In this document: piece by piece, positions 49,622-63,400 of the stretch
Position numbering within the stretch: position 1 is the stretch's first letter
Layout: the number at the start of each line of letters is the position of its first letter
Assembly (NCBI RefSeq): GCF_044704955.1
Contig: NC_091999.1
Coordinates: 11,656,001-11,720,000 of the forward strand
Reading direction: 5' to 3'
DNA length: 64,000 nucleotides
Source: Pristiophorus japonicus
Taxonomy: Eukaryota
Program-made: the position numbers and the translations under genes
Notes under the pieces: generated by a model
The model's input: the letters and a program-made list of their open reading frames with translations, nothing else
The model's database searches: none
What the model was told of the DNA's origin: nothing

Positions 49622-50799
49622 GAACTCTTGTCTGAGTAGGAATCGAGCTGTGAACAGAAATGGACACGGTGAGAAAGAGAGAGTCAATTTAAAGAGACAG
49701 AGACAAGCAGAGAAACAGGGAGAGTCAGACAGCGAGTCGAGACAGAGAGAGAGAATATGTGAGACTGAGAAGAAGAGGCAGATTGAGTGATAAAAGACTC
49801 AAACACACACATATACAGAGATGTGTGTGTGCGTGAACTCTATAAAGAGAGAGAGAGAAAGAGTGATAGAAAGACAGTGACAACGAGAAAGAGAGGTAGA
49901 GAGAGTGAGACGGATAGAGAGAGAGAGACAGAGATATAAACAGAAAATGATGGAAATACTCAGCAGGTTAGAGACAGGAACTACCAGGGACAGGCAAAGA
50001 GAGACAGACAGGCAGAGACATAGACAGACAGAGATAATGGGAAAGAGAGAGACAGTCAGACAGAGAGACTGAGAGAATCCCATTGGAACAGAAATGGACA
50101 CCGTGAAAAAGAGACAGACATACTGAGAGACAGAGACAAACAGAGAAACATGGAGAGACAGAAGCGAGATAGAGACAAAGAGCGACAGAAAGTTTGAGAC
50201 TGAGAAGGAGGGTCAGACTGAGTGAGACAAAGACTCAAACACATACATACACAGAGATGTGTTTGCGTGCTCCATAAAGAGAGGGAGGCAAATAGTAATG
50301 GAATGACAGAGAAAATGACAGGGACAAAGAGAGAGACAAAGAGGGAGTCAGATAGAGAGAAAGGCAGATAGAGAGAGAGAATGAGACAAAAACAGAAAAT
50401 GATGGAAATATCCGGTTAGAGACAGGAACTAACAGAGACAGGCAAAGTCATAGACAGACAGAGATGATGGGAAAGAGAGAGACAATCAGACAGAGAGACT
50501 GAGAGAATCCCATTGGAACAGAACTGGACACCGTGAGAAAGAGACAGACATATTGAGAGACAGAGACAAACAGAGAAACAGGGACAGACAGAGTGAGTCA
50601 GACAGAAGCAGACTGAGAGAGACAAAGACTCAAACACAGAAAGACATACTTAGCTCTCTAAAGAGAGAGAGAGAAAGAAACTGAGAGACACAGATGCATT
50701 TCACAATTTCTTTCATTATCGGTTCAGAGTGTCACCGAGTTACATAAAAATGCAGATTGAACAGATGAAAATCTGGTATCACAGAGCAGGATGGGAGAA

Positions 50800-51163
50800 A
50801 AAGGGATAGACAAGATAGAGACAGAGAGGTTGTTTCCACTGGTCGGGGAGACTAGAACTCGGGGGCACAGCCTCAAAATACGGGCCAGCCAATTTAAAAC
50901 CGAGTTGAGAAGGAATTTCTTCTCCCAGAGGTTTGTGAATCTGTGGAATTCTCTGCTCAAGGAAGCAGTTGAGGCTAGCTCATTGAATATATTCAAATCA
51001 CAGATAGATAGATTTTTAACCATTAAGGGAATAAAGGGTTACGGGGAGGGGGCAGGTAAGTGGAGTTGAGTCCACGGCCAGATCAGCCATGATCTTATTG
51101 AATGGCGGAGCAGGCTCGAGGGGCTAGATGGCCTATTCCCGTTCCTAATTCTTATGTTCTTAT
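50800..51163 (+). mobile_element. CR1 3' fragment of a different subfamily
   Basis: RLFPLVGETRTRGHSLKI..RRNFFSQR; tail TTCTTATG. Confidence 0.88.
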
Positions 51164-51172
51164 TTAAGGAGT

Positions 51173-51255
51173 TACGAGGAGTGGGTTTCTAACCCACGCG
51201 GGTAAAAAACCATTGCATCTTAAGTCCAACGCCTTAACCACTCGGCCTTCCTGGT
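51173..51255 (-). pseudogene. tRNA-Leu(TAA) pseudogene
   Basis: Reverse complement ACCAGGAAGGCCGAGTGGTTAAGGCGTTGGACTTAAGA; B-box mutated. Confidence 0.85.
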
Positions 51256-52029
51256 CCTGTCAGCAAGCGGATTCTGTCTCTGTGAGAATTTGGGCTTCAA
51301 CTCCACCCCGACAGACAGACAGACCGACACACACACACACACACATCAGGTTTCAGTGAGCATTTTCGACCATTTTTAGTGATATTGACACAGGAGCAAC
51401 TCTTATTCTTTTTCGAGTAATGCTGTGCGAAATTTCACATCTACCCGAGGGCGCAGACAACTTAACATTTCAATTTAACATTTCACCCGAAAGTCAGCAG
51501 CTTCAACAATGTAAAATTCCCCAAATACTGCACTTGAGTGTCAACCAAGATTTTATGCTCAAGTCTCAGGAGTGGTACTTGAATACACAAACTCCTGATT
51601 CAGTCGAGAATGCTGCCACTGAACCAAAGGCGATACCAAAGTTCAGAACCGTATTATTTTCCCCAAATCTCTTTGGAAAGTTCCAGGACATACCAAATTC
51701 ATGGTGATGATATCCACAGACAGTTGCACATACATAGAGACATACATACAGATAGACAGACACAGAGACACACACACAGATAACCAAAAATATACACGCA
51801 CCAACGGACATACACAGAGTGTCTTAGACAGAAAGAGGGATATACAGGCTGAATCACTGTCGCTAATTTGGCTGATTTTTGCGTTTTTCTATCCGTATGT
51901 GTCGCGAATATTGCAGATTATTAAAAATGAGAACAAAAATGGCAGTGTTAAAAATTATTCCACCTATCTCAGGATCAGTTTTGAAGGGACATGGTTAAAC
52001 TGTGAAATGGAATGAAAAGTGCTGAGATC

Positions 52030-52110
52030 CGTAGTCGGCAGATTCGAACCTGCGTGGGGAAAACCCAATGGATTTCTAGTCCATCGCTTTAAGCACTCGG
52101 CAACGACTAC
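52030..52110 (-). pseudogene. tRNA-Ser(AGA), best-preserved copy, probably a pseudogene
   Basis: Close to the recalled vertebrate Ser-AGA, with a 1-nt T-stem deletion and several substitutions. Confidence 0.85.
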
Positions 52111-52328
52111 TAGTCACTGTCATTTTAAATGTTACTCAGATAAAACTCAGCCATTCATCTCTGTGCAGCAGCTGGCCACAGAATCCCGAAAAAGTCTCCG
52201 TTAGCTAAAAATCTGGAAGAGGCAATCTCCTCTTGCTGTATTTTTACTGTTCTATTTTGCTCTGGAACTTTTTAATATGCATCTATACCAAGAAACAAAA
52301 GTAAAATTCTACATTTTGAAAAAGCTTC

Positions 52329-52400
52329 TTCCCTGTCGGGGAATTGAATCCCAGTCTCCAGCGTGACAGGCGGGGATACTCAGCACTATACCAACGAGGA
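52329..52400 (-). pseudogene. tRNA-Asp(GTC) pseudogene
   Basis: Reverse complement TCCTCGTTGGTATAGTG..CCCGCCTGTCACGC. Confidence 0.85.
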
Positions 52401-53137
52401 GCAGACGGGTGCGGCTTTTTTCAGTGCAGGAATCGAGCTGTGAACAGAACTGGACACCGTGAGAAAAAGACAGACACATTGAGAGACAGAGACAAACCGA
52501 CAATCAGGGAGCGACAGACAGAGAGATCGAGACAATGAGAGACAGAAAGATTGAGACTGAGAGGGAGGATCAGACTAAATGAGACAAAAGACTCAAACAC
52601 ATACATACACAGAGATGTGTTTGTGTGCTCCATAAAAAGAAGGAGGCAAATAATGATGGAATGACAGAAAAAAGACAGGCACAAAGAGAGAGACAAAAAA
52701 CGAGACAGAGATTGAGAAAGACAGAGAGAGAGAGAGAGAGACAAAAACAGAAAATGATGGAAATACTCATCAGGTTAGAGACAGCGACTAACAGAGACAG
52801 GCAAAGAGATGGACAGACAGAGATGATAGGAAAGAAAGAGAGAGACAGTCAGACAGAGAATCTGAGAGAATCCCATTGGAACACAAGTGGACACCGTGAG
52901 AAAGAGACAGATTGAGAGACAGAGAAACAGGGACAGAGAGAGTCAGACTGAGAGACAAAGACTCAAACACACAAACACATAGACAGCTATCTAAAGGTAG
53001 AGAGAGGCAGAAACTGAGCGACACAGATACATTTCACAATTTCATTTCATTAACGGCTCAGAGTGTCACAGAATCAAACGATGAAAGTCGAGTATTACTG
53101 AGCAGGATGGGAGAAAATCTGTGTTAAATTAAGGAGT

Positions 53138-53190
53138 TACCAACAGTGGGGATCTTAAGTTCAACGCCTTAACCACTCGGCCATCCTGGT
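53138..53190 (-). pseudogene. tRNA-Leu(TAA) with ~30-nt internal deletion
   Basis: 5' half intact; variable arm and T-arm missing. Confidence 0.82.
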
Positions 53191-53936
53191 CCTGTCAACA
53201 TCCGGATTCTGTCTCTGTGAGAATCTGGGCTTCATCTCCACCCCCACAGACACACACATACACATCGGGTGTCAGTGAGCATTTACGAACACTTTAGTAA
53301 TATTGACACGGGGGCAACTCTCTTATTCTTTTTCCAGTAATGCTGTGGGAACTTTCACATCCACCCAAGGGTGCAGACGGAGCTTCAATTTAACATTTCA
53401 TCCGATGGTCAACAGCTTCAACAATGCAAAATTCCCCAAGTACTGTCCTTGAGTGTCAGCCAACATTTTCTGCTCAAGTCTCAGGAGTGGGACTTGAACA
53501 CACAACCTCCTGATTCAGTCGAGAATGCTGCCACTGAACCAAAGCCGATACCAATGTTCACAACCGTATTATTTTCCCCAAGTCTTTTTTTAAAGTTCCA
53601 GGACAGACCAAATTCGTGGTGATGATATCCATGGACAGTTGCACATACACAGTGACATACATACAGAGAGACAAACACAGAGACACACAACCAAAAATAT
53701 GCACGCATCAACGGACATGCACAGAGTGCCATAGACATATAGAGGGATAGACAGGCAGAATCACTGTCGCTACTTTGGCTGATTTTTGCATTTTTCTATC
53801 CGTATGCATCGTGAATATTGCAGATTAGTGAAAATGAGAAAAAAAAATTCAGTGTTGAAAGGTATTCCACCGACCTCAGGATCAGTTTTGCAGGGATCTG
53901 TTCAAATTGTGAAATGGAATGAAAAATGCAAAAAAC

Positions 53937-54018
53937 CGCGGTCAGTGGTAGTCGTACTTGCGCAGGGAAACCGCCAATGAATTTGTACTGCATCGCCTTA
54001 ACCATTCGGCTACGACTC
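53937..54018 (-). pseudogene. tRNA-Ser pseudogene (degenerate)
   Basis: CATCGCCTTAACCATTCGGCTACGACT and position within the unit. Confidence 0.7.
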
Positions 54019-54237
54019 CTGGGTCTCTGCCTTGTTAAATGTTACTCAGATAAAACTCAGTCATACAACTCTCTGCAGCAGAAGGTGACAGAGTCCGAAA
54101 AAGTCTGCGTTTGTGAAAAATCTGGAAGAGGCAATCTCCTCTTGCTGTATTTTTACTGTTCTATATTGCTCTGGAATTTTTTAATATGCATCTGTACCAA
54201 GAAACAAAAGTAAAATTCTACATTTTGAAAAAGCTTC

Positions 54238-54309
54238 CTCCCCGTCGGGGAATTGAATCCCAGTCTCCCGCGTGACAGGCGGGGATACTCAGCATTATAC
54301 TAACGAGGA
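54238..54309 (-). pseudogene. tRNA-Asp(GTC), best-preserved copy, probably a pseudogene
   Basis: About 5 differences from the recalled vertebrate Asp-GTC, including B-box GGTTCGA to GATTCAA. Confidence 0.85.
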
Positions 54310-55035
54310 GCAGACGGGTGCGGCTTTTGTCAGTGCAGGAATCGAGCTGTGAACAGAACTGTGAGAAAAAGACAGACACATTGAGAGACAGAGACAAACC
54401 GACAAACAGGGAGCGACAGACAGAGAGATCGAGACAACGAGAGACAGAAAGATTGAGACTGAGAGGGAGGATCAGACTGAATGAGACAAAAGACTCAAAC
54501 ACATATATACACAGAGATGTGTTTGCGTGCTCCATAAAAAGAGAGAGGCAAATAATGATGGAATGACAGAAAAAAGACAGGCACAAAGAGAGAGACAAAA
54601 AACGAGACAGAGATTGAGAAAGACAGAGAGAGAGAGAGACAAAAACAGAAAATGATGGAAATACTCATCAGGTTAGAGACAGCGACTAACAGAGACAGGC
54701 AAAGAGATGGACAGACAGAGATGATAGGAAAGAAAGAGAGAGACAGTCAGACAGAGAATCTGAGAGAATCCCATTGGAACACAAGTGGACACCGTGAGAA
54801 AGAGACAGATTGAGAGACAGAGAAACAGGGACAGAGAGAGTCAGACTGAGAGACAAAGACTCAAACACACAAACACATAGACAGCTATCTAAAGGTAGAG
54901 AGAGGCAGAGACTGAGCGACACAGATACATTTCACAATTTCATTTCATTAACGGCTCAGAGTGTCACAGAATCAAACGATGAAAGTCGAGTATTACTGAG
55001 CAGGATGGGAGAAAATCTGTGTTAAATTAAGGAGT

Positions 55036-55088
55036 TACCAACAGTGGGGATCTTAAGTTCAACGCCTTAACCACTCGGCCATCCTGGT
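55036..55088 (-). pseudogene. tRNA-Leu(TAA) with the same internal deletion
   Basis: Identical to 53138-53190. Confidence 0.82.
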
Positions 55089-55844
55089 CCTGTCAACATC
55101 CGGATTCTGTCTCTGTGAGAATCTGGGCTTCAACTCCACCCCCACAGACACACACAAACACATCGGGTGTCAGTGAGCATTTACGAACGCTTTAGTAATA
55201 TTGACACGGGGGCAACTCTCTTATTCTTTTTCGAGTAATGCTGTGGGAACTTTCACATCCACCCGAGGGTGCAGACGGAGCTTCAATTTAACATTTCATC
55301 CGATGGTCAACAGCTTCAACAATGCAAAATTCCCCAAGTACTGTCCTTGAGTGTCAGCCAACATTTTCTGCTCAAGTCTCAGGAGTGGGACTTGAACACA
55401 CAACCTCCTGATTCAGTCGAGAATGCTGCCACTGAACCAAAGCCGATACCAATGTTCACAACCGTATTATTTTCCCCAAGTCTTTTTTTAAAGTTCCAGG
55501 ACAGACCAAATTCGTGGTGATGTTATCCATAGACAGTTGCACATACACAGTGACATACATACAGAGAGACAAACACAGAGACACACAGACACACACAACC
55601 AAAAATATGCACGCATCAACGGACATGCACAGAGTGCCATAGACATATAGAGGGATAGACAGGCAGAATCACTGTCGCTACTTTGGCTGATTTTGGCGTT
55701 TTTCTATCCGTATGCATCGTGAATATTGCAGATTAATGAAAATGAGAAAAAAAAATTCAGTGTTGAAAGGTATTCCACCGACCTCAGGATCAGTTTTGCA
55801 GGGATCTGGTCAAATTGTGAAATGGAATGAAAAATGCAAAAAAC

Positions 55845-55926
55845 CACGGTCAGTGGTAGTCGTACTTGCGCAGGGAAACCGCCAATGAATTTGTATTGCA
55901 TCGCCTTAACCATTCGGCTACGACTC
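55845..55926 (-). pseudogene. tRNA-Ser pseudogene (degenerate)
   Basis: Near-identical to 53937-54018. Confidence 0.7.
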
Positions 55927-56145
55927 CTGGGTCGCTGCCTTTTTAAATGTTACTCAGATAAAACTCAGTCATCCATCTCTCTGCAGCAGAAGGTGGCAGA
56001 GTCCGAAAAAGTCTCCGTTTGTGAAAAATCTGGAAGAGGCCATCGCCTCTTTCTGTATTTTTACTGTTCTATATTGCTCTGTAACTTTTTAATATCAATC
56101 CATACCAAGGAGCAGAAGTAAAATTATACATTTTGAAAATGCTTC

Positions 56146-56217
56146 CTCGACGTCGGGGAATTGAACCCCGGTCTCTTGCGCAACAAGCGGGAACACTCCC
56201 CACTACATTAACGAGGA
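56146..56217 (-). pseudogene. tRNA-Asp-derived pseudogene
   Basis: CGTCGGGGAATTGAACCCCGGTCTC..AACGAGGA; anticodon mutated. Confidence 0.8.
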
Positions 56218-56540
56218 GCTGACGGGTGGGTACATTCTCATTGCAGTAATCGAGCTGTGAACAGAAATGGACACCGTGAGAAAGAGATAGACACATTGAG
56301 AGACAGAGACAAACAGAAAAACAGGGAGAGACAGACAGCGAGATAGAGACAAAGATACAGAGAAAGTGTGAGACTGAGAGAGAGAGACAGGCTCAGTGAG
56401 AAAACAACTCAAACACACACATACACAGAGATGTGTGTGTGTGCTCTATAAAGAGAGAGAGGGAAAGAGTGATTAAAAGACAGAGATGAAGACAGCGACA
56501 AAGAGTGACACAGATACAGACAGATAGAGAGAGAGAGACC

Positions 56541-56589
<49 letters not shown>

Positions 56590-57174
56590 AAACAGAAAAT
56601 TATGGAAATACTCAGCAGGTTAGAGACAAGGACTAACAGAGACAGGCAAAGAAAGACAGACAGGCAGAGACATAGACAGACAGAGAGAGACGATGGGATA
56701 GAGAGAGATAGTCAGGCAGAGAGGGATGATGGGAAAGAGAGAGCCAAATAGCCAGGGAGACTGAGAGAATCCCATTGGAGCAGAACTTGACACCGTGAGA
56801 AAGAAAGAGACAGATTGCGAGACAGCGACAAACAGAGAAACATATAACCATAGAAAATAGGTGCAGGAGTCGGCTCTTCGGCCTTTCGAGTCTGCACCAC
56901 CATTCAATAAGATCATGGCTGATCATTCACCTCAGTACCCCTTTCCTCCTTTCTCTCCATACCCCTTGATGCCTTTAGCCATAATGGCCATATCTAACTC
57001 TCGCTAATTTGGCTGATTTTTGCGTTTTTCTATCCGTATGTATCATGAATATTGCACGTGAATGAAAATTTGAAATAAATGACAGTGTTGAAAGGTGTGG
57101 GACGTTATTTCATCTATCTCAGGATCATTTTTTCAGAGACCTGGTTAAATTGTGGAATGGAAAGAGCTGAGGAG

Positions 57175-57255
57175 CATAGTCGGCAGGATTGGAACTTGCG
57201 CTGGAAAACCCAGTGGATTTGTGGTCCATCATCGTAACCACTCGACCACGACTAC
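57175..57255 (-). pseudogene. tRNA-Ser pseudogene
   Basis: Flanks match the 35154 copy. Confidence 0.75.
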
Positions 57256-57475
57256 TGGGTTTTTGATGATTTCAATGTTACTCTGATTAAAACGCAAGCA
57301 TCCATCTCTCTGCAGCACAAGGCCACAGAGTCCTGAAAAAGACTCCGTTTGTTAAACATCTGAAAGAGACAACCTCTTCTTGCTGTATTTTTACTGTTCT
57401 ATATTGCTCCGGAACTTTTTAATATGAATCTATACCAAGGGACAGAAGTAAAATTCTACATTTTGAAAATGCTTC

Positions 57476-57518
57476 CTCTTCGTCGGGGAATGGAAACCCG
57501 CACACCGGCGTGACAGGC
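57476..57518 (-). pseudogene. tRNA-Asp 3' half fused to RTE sequence
   Basis: CGTCGGGGAA..GCGTGACAGGC then RTE sequence. Confidence 0.72.
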
Positions 57519-58623
57519 ATGCCAGATTGGCTGTGAGGCTCTGGATGTATAGGACTCTCTTAGCTGAGTCTTGAAGTGCCCCCGCATTAACTTTTTTGCG
57601 GAACTGTTTCTGCTGTCCCCTCTGCTTTGGGGCTATGTTAATGTTGAAGATGGATTGGATTAGGCGGCGGTCCATCCAGCAGTCGTCAGCTCCTGTCATG
57701 GCGCGGGTGATGTGCTCATTCTTGCGATCCCTCGCTCAGACGATCACAAAGTCAAGCAGGTGCCAGTGTTTGGAGCGAGGGTGTTGCCTCGATGGATTTT
57801 ATTTGTCCCTCTGGTGGAACAGGGTGTTGGTGATGAGGAGTTCATGTTCTAGACATTTTGTCAGGAGTAGGGTACCACTGGAGTTGGCTTTCCCTACCAC
57901 CTGTCTGCCAATCACGCCTCCCCAGAGGTCTGCTTCTTGAGCAACCCTGTCATTAAATCACCCAGGAGAATCAATTTGTTGCCCCTGGGGACGCAGGACA
58001 AGGATGTCTCGAGGTTGGAATAAAAACACTCCTTAGCCTCATCCGTTATATCGTGTGTGGGGCATATGCACTGATGACTGTGGTGAATTGGTTCTGGTAC
58101 AGGGTAAGACGAAGAGTCATGAAGCGTTCGTTAACTCCACGGGGGGAGTATTTGAGGCGGTTGACCAGTTCATTCTTGATGACAAATCGGACTCCATGAA
58201 GGCGGCATTCTGACTCTGGTTTCCCTTGCCAGAAAAAAGTGGAAGCTCCACCATGTTCCTTCAACTGGCCTTTCCCTGCCCGCTAGGTCTCGCTTCGGGC
58301 GGCAATATCAATGTCAAAACGTCTGAGTTCCCGGGCAACTATGGCGGTGAGGCGTTCCGGTCTGTTGCTGTTAGGGTTGTCCATGAGGGTCCTGATATTC
58401 CAGGTCCCGAACATCATACTGACGATGTGGAAGATGCCTGTGCATGAGTTTGTTTAATGTGGGGTGGCCTCTGCACACCGGCAACCACACGGGCTCAGCC
58501 AAGCAAAGTATTTGTCCAGTGGCAAAGGGGTCCAAGACAACTGGAGACCAGTCACAGGTCTATATGCCTACTTGCTTATGACGAGTTGTTGGCTGCAAGC
58601 TCCGCGCTGAGTAGTGACATTGA
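57514..58623 (-). mobile_element. RTE LINE 5' part (duplicate of 40553-41675)
   Basis: Collinear homology including the same CR1 junction TGAGGGCCACATCTAAC. Confidence 0.9.
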
Positions 58624-58718
58624 TGAGGGCCACATCTAACTCCCTTTTGAATATATCTAACGAACTGGCCCCAACAACATTCTGTGGTGAAGAATTCCAC
58701 ATGCCCACAACTCTCTCG

Positions 58719-59820
58719 CAGAACTCGTTGGCAGACAGGAAGCAAAGAGTGGGAATATATGGGTCCTTTTCAGAATGGCAGGCAGTGTCTAGTGGGGTGC
58801 CGCGGGGCTCAGTGCTGGGACCCCAGCAATTTACAATATACATTAATGACTTAGACGAAGGAATTGAATGTAATATCTCCAAGTTTGCAGATGACACTAA
58901 GCTGGGTGGCAGTGCGCGCTGCGAGGAGGATGCTGCGAGGCTGCAGGGGGACTTGGACAGGTTAGGTGAATACGCAAATGCATGCCAGATACAGTATACT
59001 GTGGATAAATGTGAGGTTATCAACTTTGGTGGCAACAACAGGAAGGCAGATTATTACCTGTACGGTGACATATGAGTAAAAGGGGAGTTGCAACGAGACC
59101 TGGGTGTCATGGTACATCAGTCATTGAAGATAGGCATGCAGGTTCAGCAGGCGGTGAAGAAAGCAAATAGCATGCTGGCCTTCATAGCGAGGGGATTTGA
59201 GTATAGAAGCAGGGATGTCTTGCTGCAGTTGTATACGGCATTGGTGAGACCACACTTCAAGTGTTGTGTTCAGTTTTGGCCTCGTAATCTGAGGAAGGAC
59301 GTGCTTGCTGTTGAGGGAGAGCAGCCAAGATTCACCAGACTGATTCCCGGGATGGCAGGACTGATATATGAGGAAAGATTGGATCGGCTCGGCTTATACT
59401 CACTGGAATTTAGAAGAATGAGAGGAGATCTCATAGAATTTATAAAATTATGATGCGACTGGACAGGTTAGATGCAGGAAGAATGTTCTGATGTTGGGGA
59501 AGTCCAGAACCAGGAGACACAGTCTAAGGATAAGGGGTAAGCCATTTAGGACCGAGATGAGGCGAAACTTTTTCACACAGAGAGTTGTGAACCGATGGAA
59601 TTCTCTGCCACAGAAAATTGTTGAGTCCTGTTCGTTAGATATATTCAAAAGGGACTTAAATTTGATCCATACGGCTAAATGGATCAGGGGGCGTGGCGAA
59701 ACGGCTGGGTTGGGGTACTGAGGTTCAATGATCAGCCATGATCATATTGAATGGCGGTGCAAGCTCCAAGGGCCGAATGGCCTGCTCCTGCACCTATTTT
59801 CTATGTTCCTATGTTTCTAT
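58719..59820 (+). mobile_element. CR1 3' part (duplicate of 41771-42870)
   Basis: GVPRGSVLGP, KFADDTK, RRMRGDLIE. Confidence 0.92.
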
Positions 59821-60419
59821 ATCTATCGTTACTATTGCGTTAATCTCCTATTTTAACCAGTAACGCCACCCGACCTCCTTTTCCTTCTGTCTGTCCTTCC
59901 AGAATATTGAATACCCCTGGATGTTGAGTTCCCAACACTTGGTTACCTTGGAGCCATGTCTCCCTAATTCCAATTACATCACAGCCGTTAACAGCTGTCT
60001 GCGCAGTCTATTCATCCACATTATTACGAATGCTTTTCGCATTGAGACTCAGAGCCTTCAGGTTAGTTTTTTTAACACTCTGTCCTTTTAGAATTATGTT
60101 GTGATGTGGCCCTTTTTGATATTTGTACTTCATTTCTCTGCCCTACACTCTTGCTTTTCTCCTTCCTATCTTTTGCTTCTGCCTCCATTTTACTTCTCTC
60201 TGCCTTGCTGCATAGATTGCCACCCCGTTTTTTGTTTAATCCCTCCCAAATGCGCTAGCAAACATTACACCGTGGACATCGGTTCCGGTCCTGCCCAGGT
60301 GCAGACCGTCCGGTTTGTACTGATCCCACCTCCCTGAGAACCGCTTCCAATGACACAGGAATTTTAATCCCTCCTCTTTGCACCAAATTCCTAATTCATG
60401 GTGATGATATCGACAGATA

Positions 60420-63400
60420 GATAGAAAAGTAGAAACATAGAAAACAGGTGCAGGAGTAGGCCATTCGGCTCTTCGGGGCTGCACCACCATTCAATAAGAT
60501 CATGGCTGACCATCACCTCAGTACCCATTTCCTGCTTTCTCTCCATACCCCTTGATCCCTTAAGCCGTAAGGTCCATATGTAACACCCTCTTGAATATAT
60601 CCAACTAACTGACCTCAACAACTCTCTGCGGGAGGGAATTCCACAGGTTAACAACTCTCTGAGTGAAGAAGGTTCTCCTCATCTCAGTCATAAATGGCTT
60701 AGCCCTTATCCTTAGACTGTGTCCCCTGGTTCAGGACTTCACCAACATCGGGAACATTCTTCCTGCATTTATCCTGTTCAGTCCCGTCAGATTTGAATAT
60801 GTTTCAATGAGATCACCTCTCATCCTTCTCAACTCCAGTGAATAAAGGCCCAGTCGATCCAGTCTCTCCTCATATGTCAGTCCTGCCATCCCGGGAATCA
60901 GTCTGGTCAACCTTCGCTGCACTCCCTCAAAAGCAAGAATGTCCTTCCTCAGATTAGGAGACGAAAATTGATCACAATATTCCAGGTGAGGCCTCACCAA
61001 GGCCCTGTACAACTGCAGTAAGACTTCCCTGCTCATATACTAAAATTCCCTAGTTATGAAGGCCAACATACATTTTACCTTTTTCACCGCCTGCTGTACC
61101 TGCATGCCTACCTTCAATGACTGATGCACCTTAACGCCCAGGTCTCGTTGCAGCTCACATTTTCCAAATCTGCCATCATTCAACTAACATTCTGCCTCAA
61201 TGTTTTTGCACCCAAAATGGATAAGCTCAAATGTATCCACATTATACTGCATCTGCCATGTATTTGCCCACTCACATAACCTGTCCAAGTCAACCTGCAG
61301 CCTCCTAGCGTCCTCCTCACAGCTCAATCCGCCACCCAGTTTAATGTCATCTGCAAACTTGGAGATATTACACTCAATTCCTTCATCCAAATAATTAATG
61401 TATATTGAAAATAGCTGTGGTCTCAGCATTGAGCCCTGCGGTACCCCACTAGCCACTGCCTGCCATTCTGAAGACAACCCCTTTATCCAGATTCCCTGCG
61501 TCCTGTCTGCCAACGAGTTAGCTATCCACGTCAGTGCATTACCGCCAATACGATGTGCTTTAATTTTGCACACCAATCACTTTTGTGGGACCTTGTCAAA
61601 AGCCTTTTGAAAGTACAAATACACCACATCCACTGGTTCTCCCTTGTCCAGTTATTCGTTACATCTTGAAAAAATTCCAGAAGATTTGTCAAGCATGATT
61701 TCCCTTTCATGAATCCATGTTGTCTTGGACCGATCCTGTCACTGCTTTCCAAATGCGCTGTTATTTCATCTTTAATAATTGATTCCGACATTTCCCCCCT
61801 GCTGATGTCAGGCTAACCGGTCTATAATTACCCATTTTCTCTCTCCCTCCTTTTCTAAAAAGTGGTGTTACATTAGCATCCCCCCAGTCCATTGGAACTG
61901 ATCCAGAGTCGATAAACTGTTGGAAAATAATTACCAATGCATCCACTATTTCTAGGGCCACTTCCGTAAGTACTCTGGGATGCAGACTATCAGTCCCTGG
62001 GGATTTATCGGCCTTCACCCCATCAATTTCCCTAACACAATTTCCTGCCTAAGAAGGATATCCTTCAGTTCCTCCTTCTCACGAGACACTCGGTCCCCAA
62101 TATTTCTGGAAGGTTATTTGTGTCTTCCTTCGTGAAAACAGAAGCAAAGTATTTGTTCAATTTGGCTGCCATTTCTTTGTTCCACATTATAAATTCACCT
62201 GAATTCGACTGCAAGGAACCTACGTTTGTCTTCACTCATCTTTTTCTCTTCGCATACCTATAGAAGCTTTTGCAGTCAGTTTTTATGTTCCCAGCAAGCT
62301 TCTTCTCGTATTCTATTTTCCCGCTCCTAATTAAAACCTCTCTTCTCCTCTGTTGAATTCTAAATTTCTCCCAGTCCAAAGTTTTGTGCTTTTGCTGGAT
62401 AATTTATATGCCTCTTCCTTTGATTTAACATTATCCTTAATTTTCCTTGTTAGCCATGGTTGAGCCACCTTCCCAGTTTTATTTTTACTCCAGACAGGGA
62501 TGTACAATTATTGAAGTTCATCGAAGTGATCTTTAAATGTTTGCCATTGCCTATCCACTCTCAACCCTTTAAGTATCATTCACCAGTCCATCCTAGCCAA
62601 TTCACGTCTCATAACATCGAAGTTACCTTTCCCTAAGTTCAGGACCCTCGTCTCTGAATTAATTGTGTCACTCTCCATCTTAATTAAGAAATCTGCCATA
62701 TTATGATCATTCTTCCCCAAGGGGCCTCGCTCAACAAGAATGCCAATTAGTCCTTTCTCATTACACATCACCCAGTCTCGGAAGGCCAGACCTCTCGTTG
62801 GTTTCTCGAAATATTGGTCCACAAAACCATCCCTAATACACTCCAGAAAATCGTCCTCCATCGTATTGGTACCAGTTTGGTTAGCGAAATCTATATGTAG
62901 GTTAAAGTCGCCCATGATAACTGCTGTACCTTTATTGCATGTATCCCTAATTTCTTGTTTGATGCTGTCCCCAACCTCACTACTACGTTTGGTGGTCTGT
63001 ACACAACTCCCACTAGCATTTTCTGACCTTTGCTATTTCACAGCTCCACCCATACAGATTCCACATCATCCAAGCTAATGTCCTTCCTTACTATTTCGTT
63101 AACTTCCTCTTTAACCAACAACGCTACCCCACCTCCTTTTAATTTCTGTCAATCTTTCCTGAATGTTGAATATCCATGGATGTTGAGTTCCCAGCCTTGG
63201 TCACCCTGGAGCCATGTCTCTGTGATGCCAATTATTAATTGCTGCTGTGCAGTTAATTCGTCCATCTTATTACGAATACACCTCGCATTGAGGCACAGAG
63301 CATTCAGGCTTGTCTTTTTAACACACTTTGCCCGTTTAGAATTTTGCTGCAATGATTTGCCTTGGCTCTATCTGTCCTCCACTTTTACTTTTCTTCTTTC

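Noticed and set aside
29432-57518. Functional tRNA genes
   Set aside because: Every copy shows stem, A-box or B-box lesions by eye; called pseudogenes pending tRNAscan-SE
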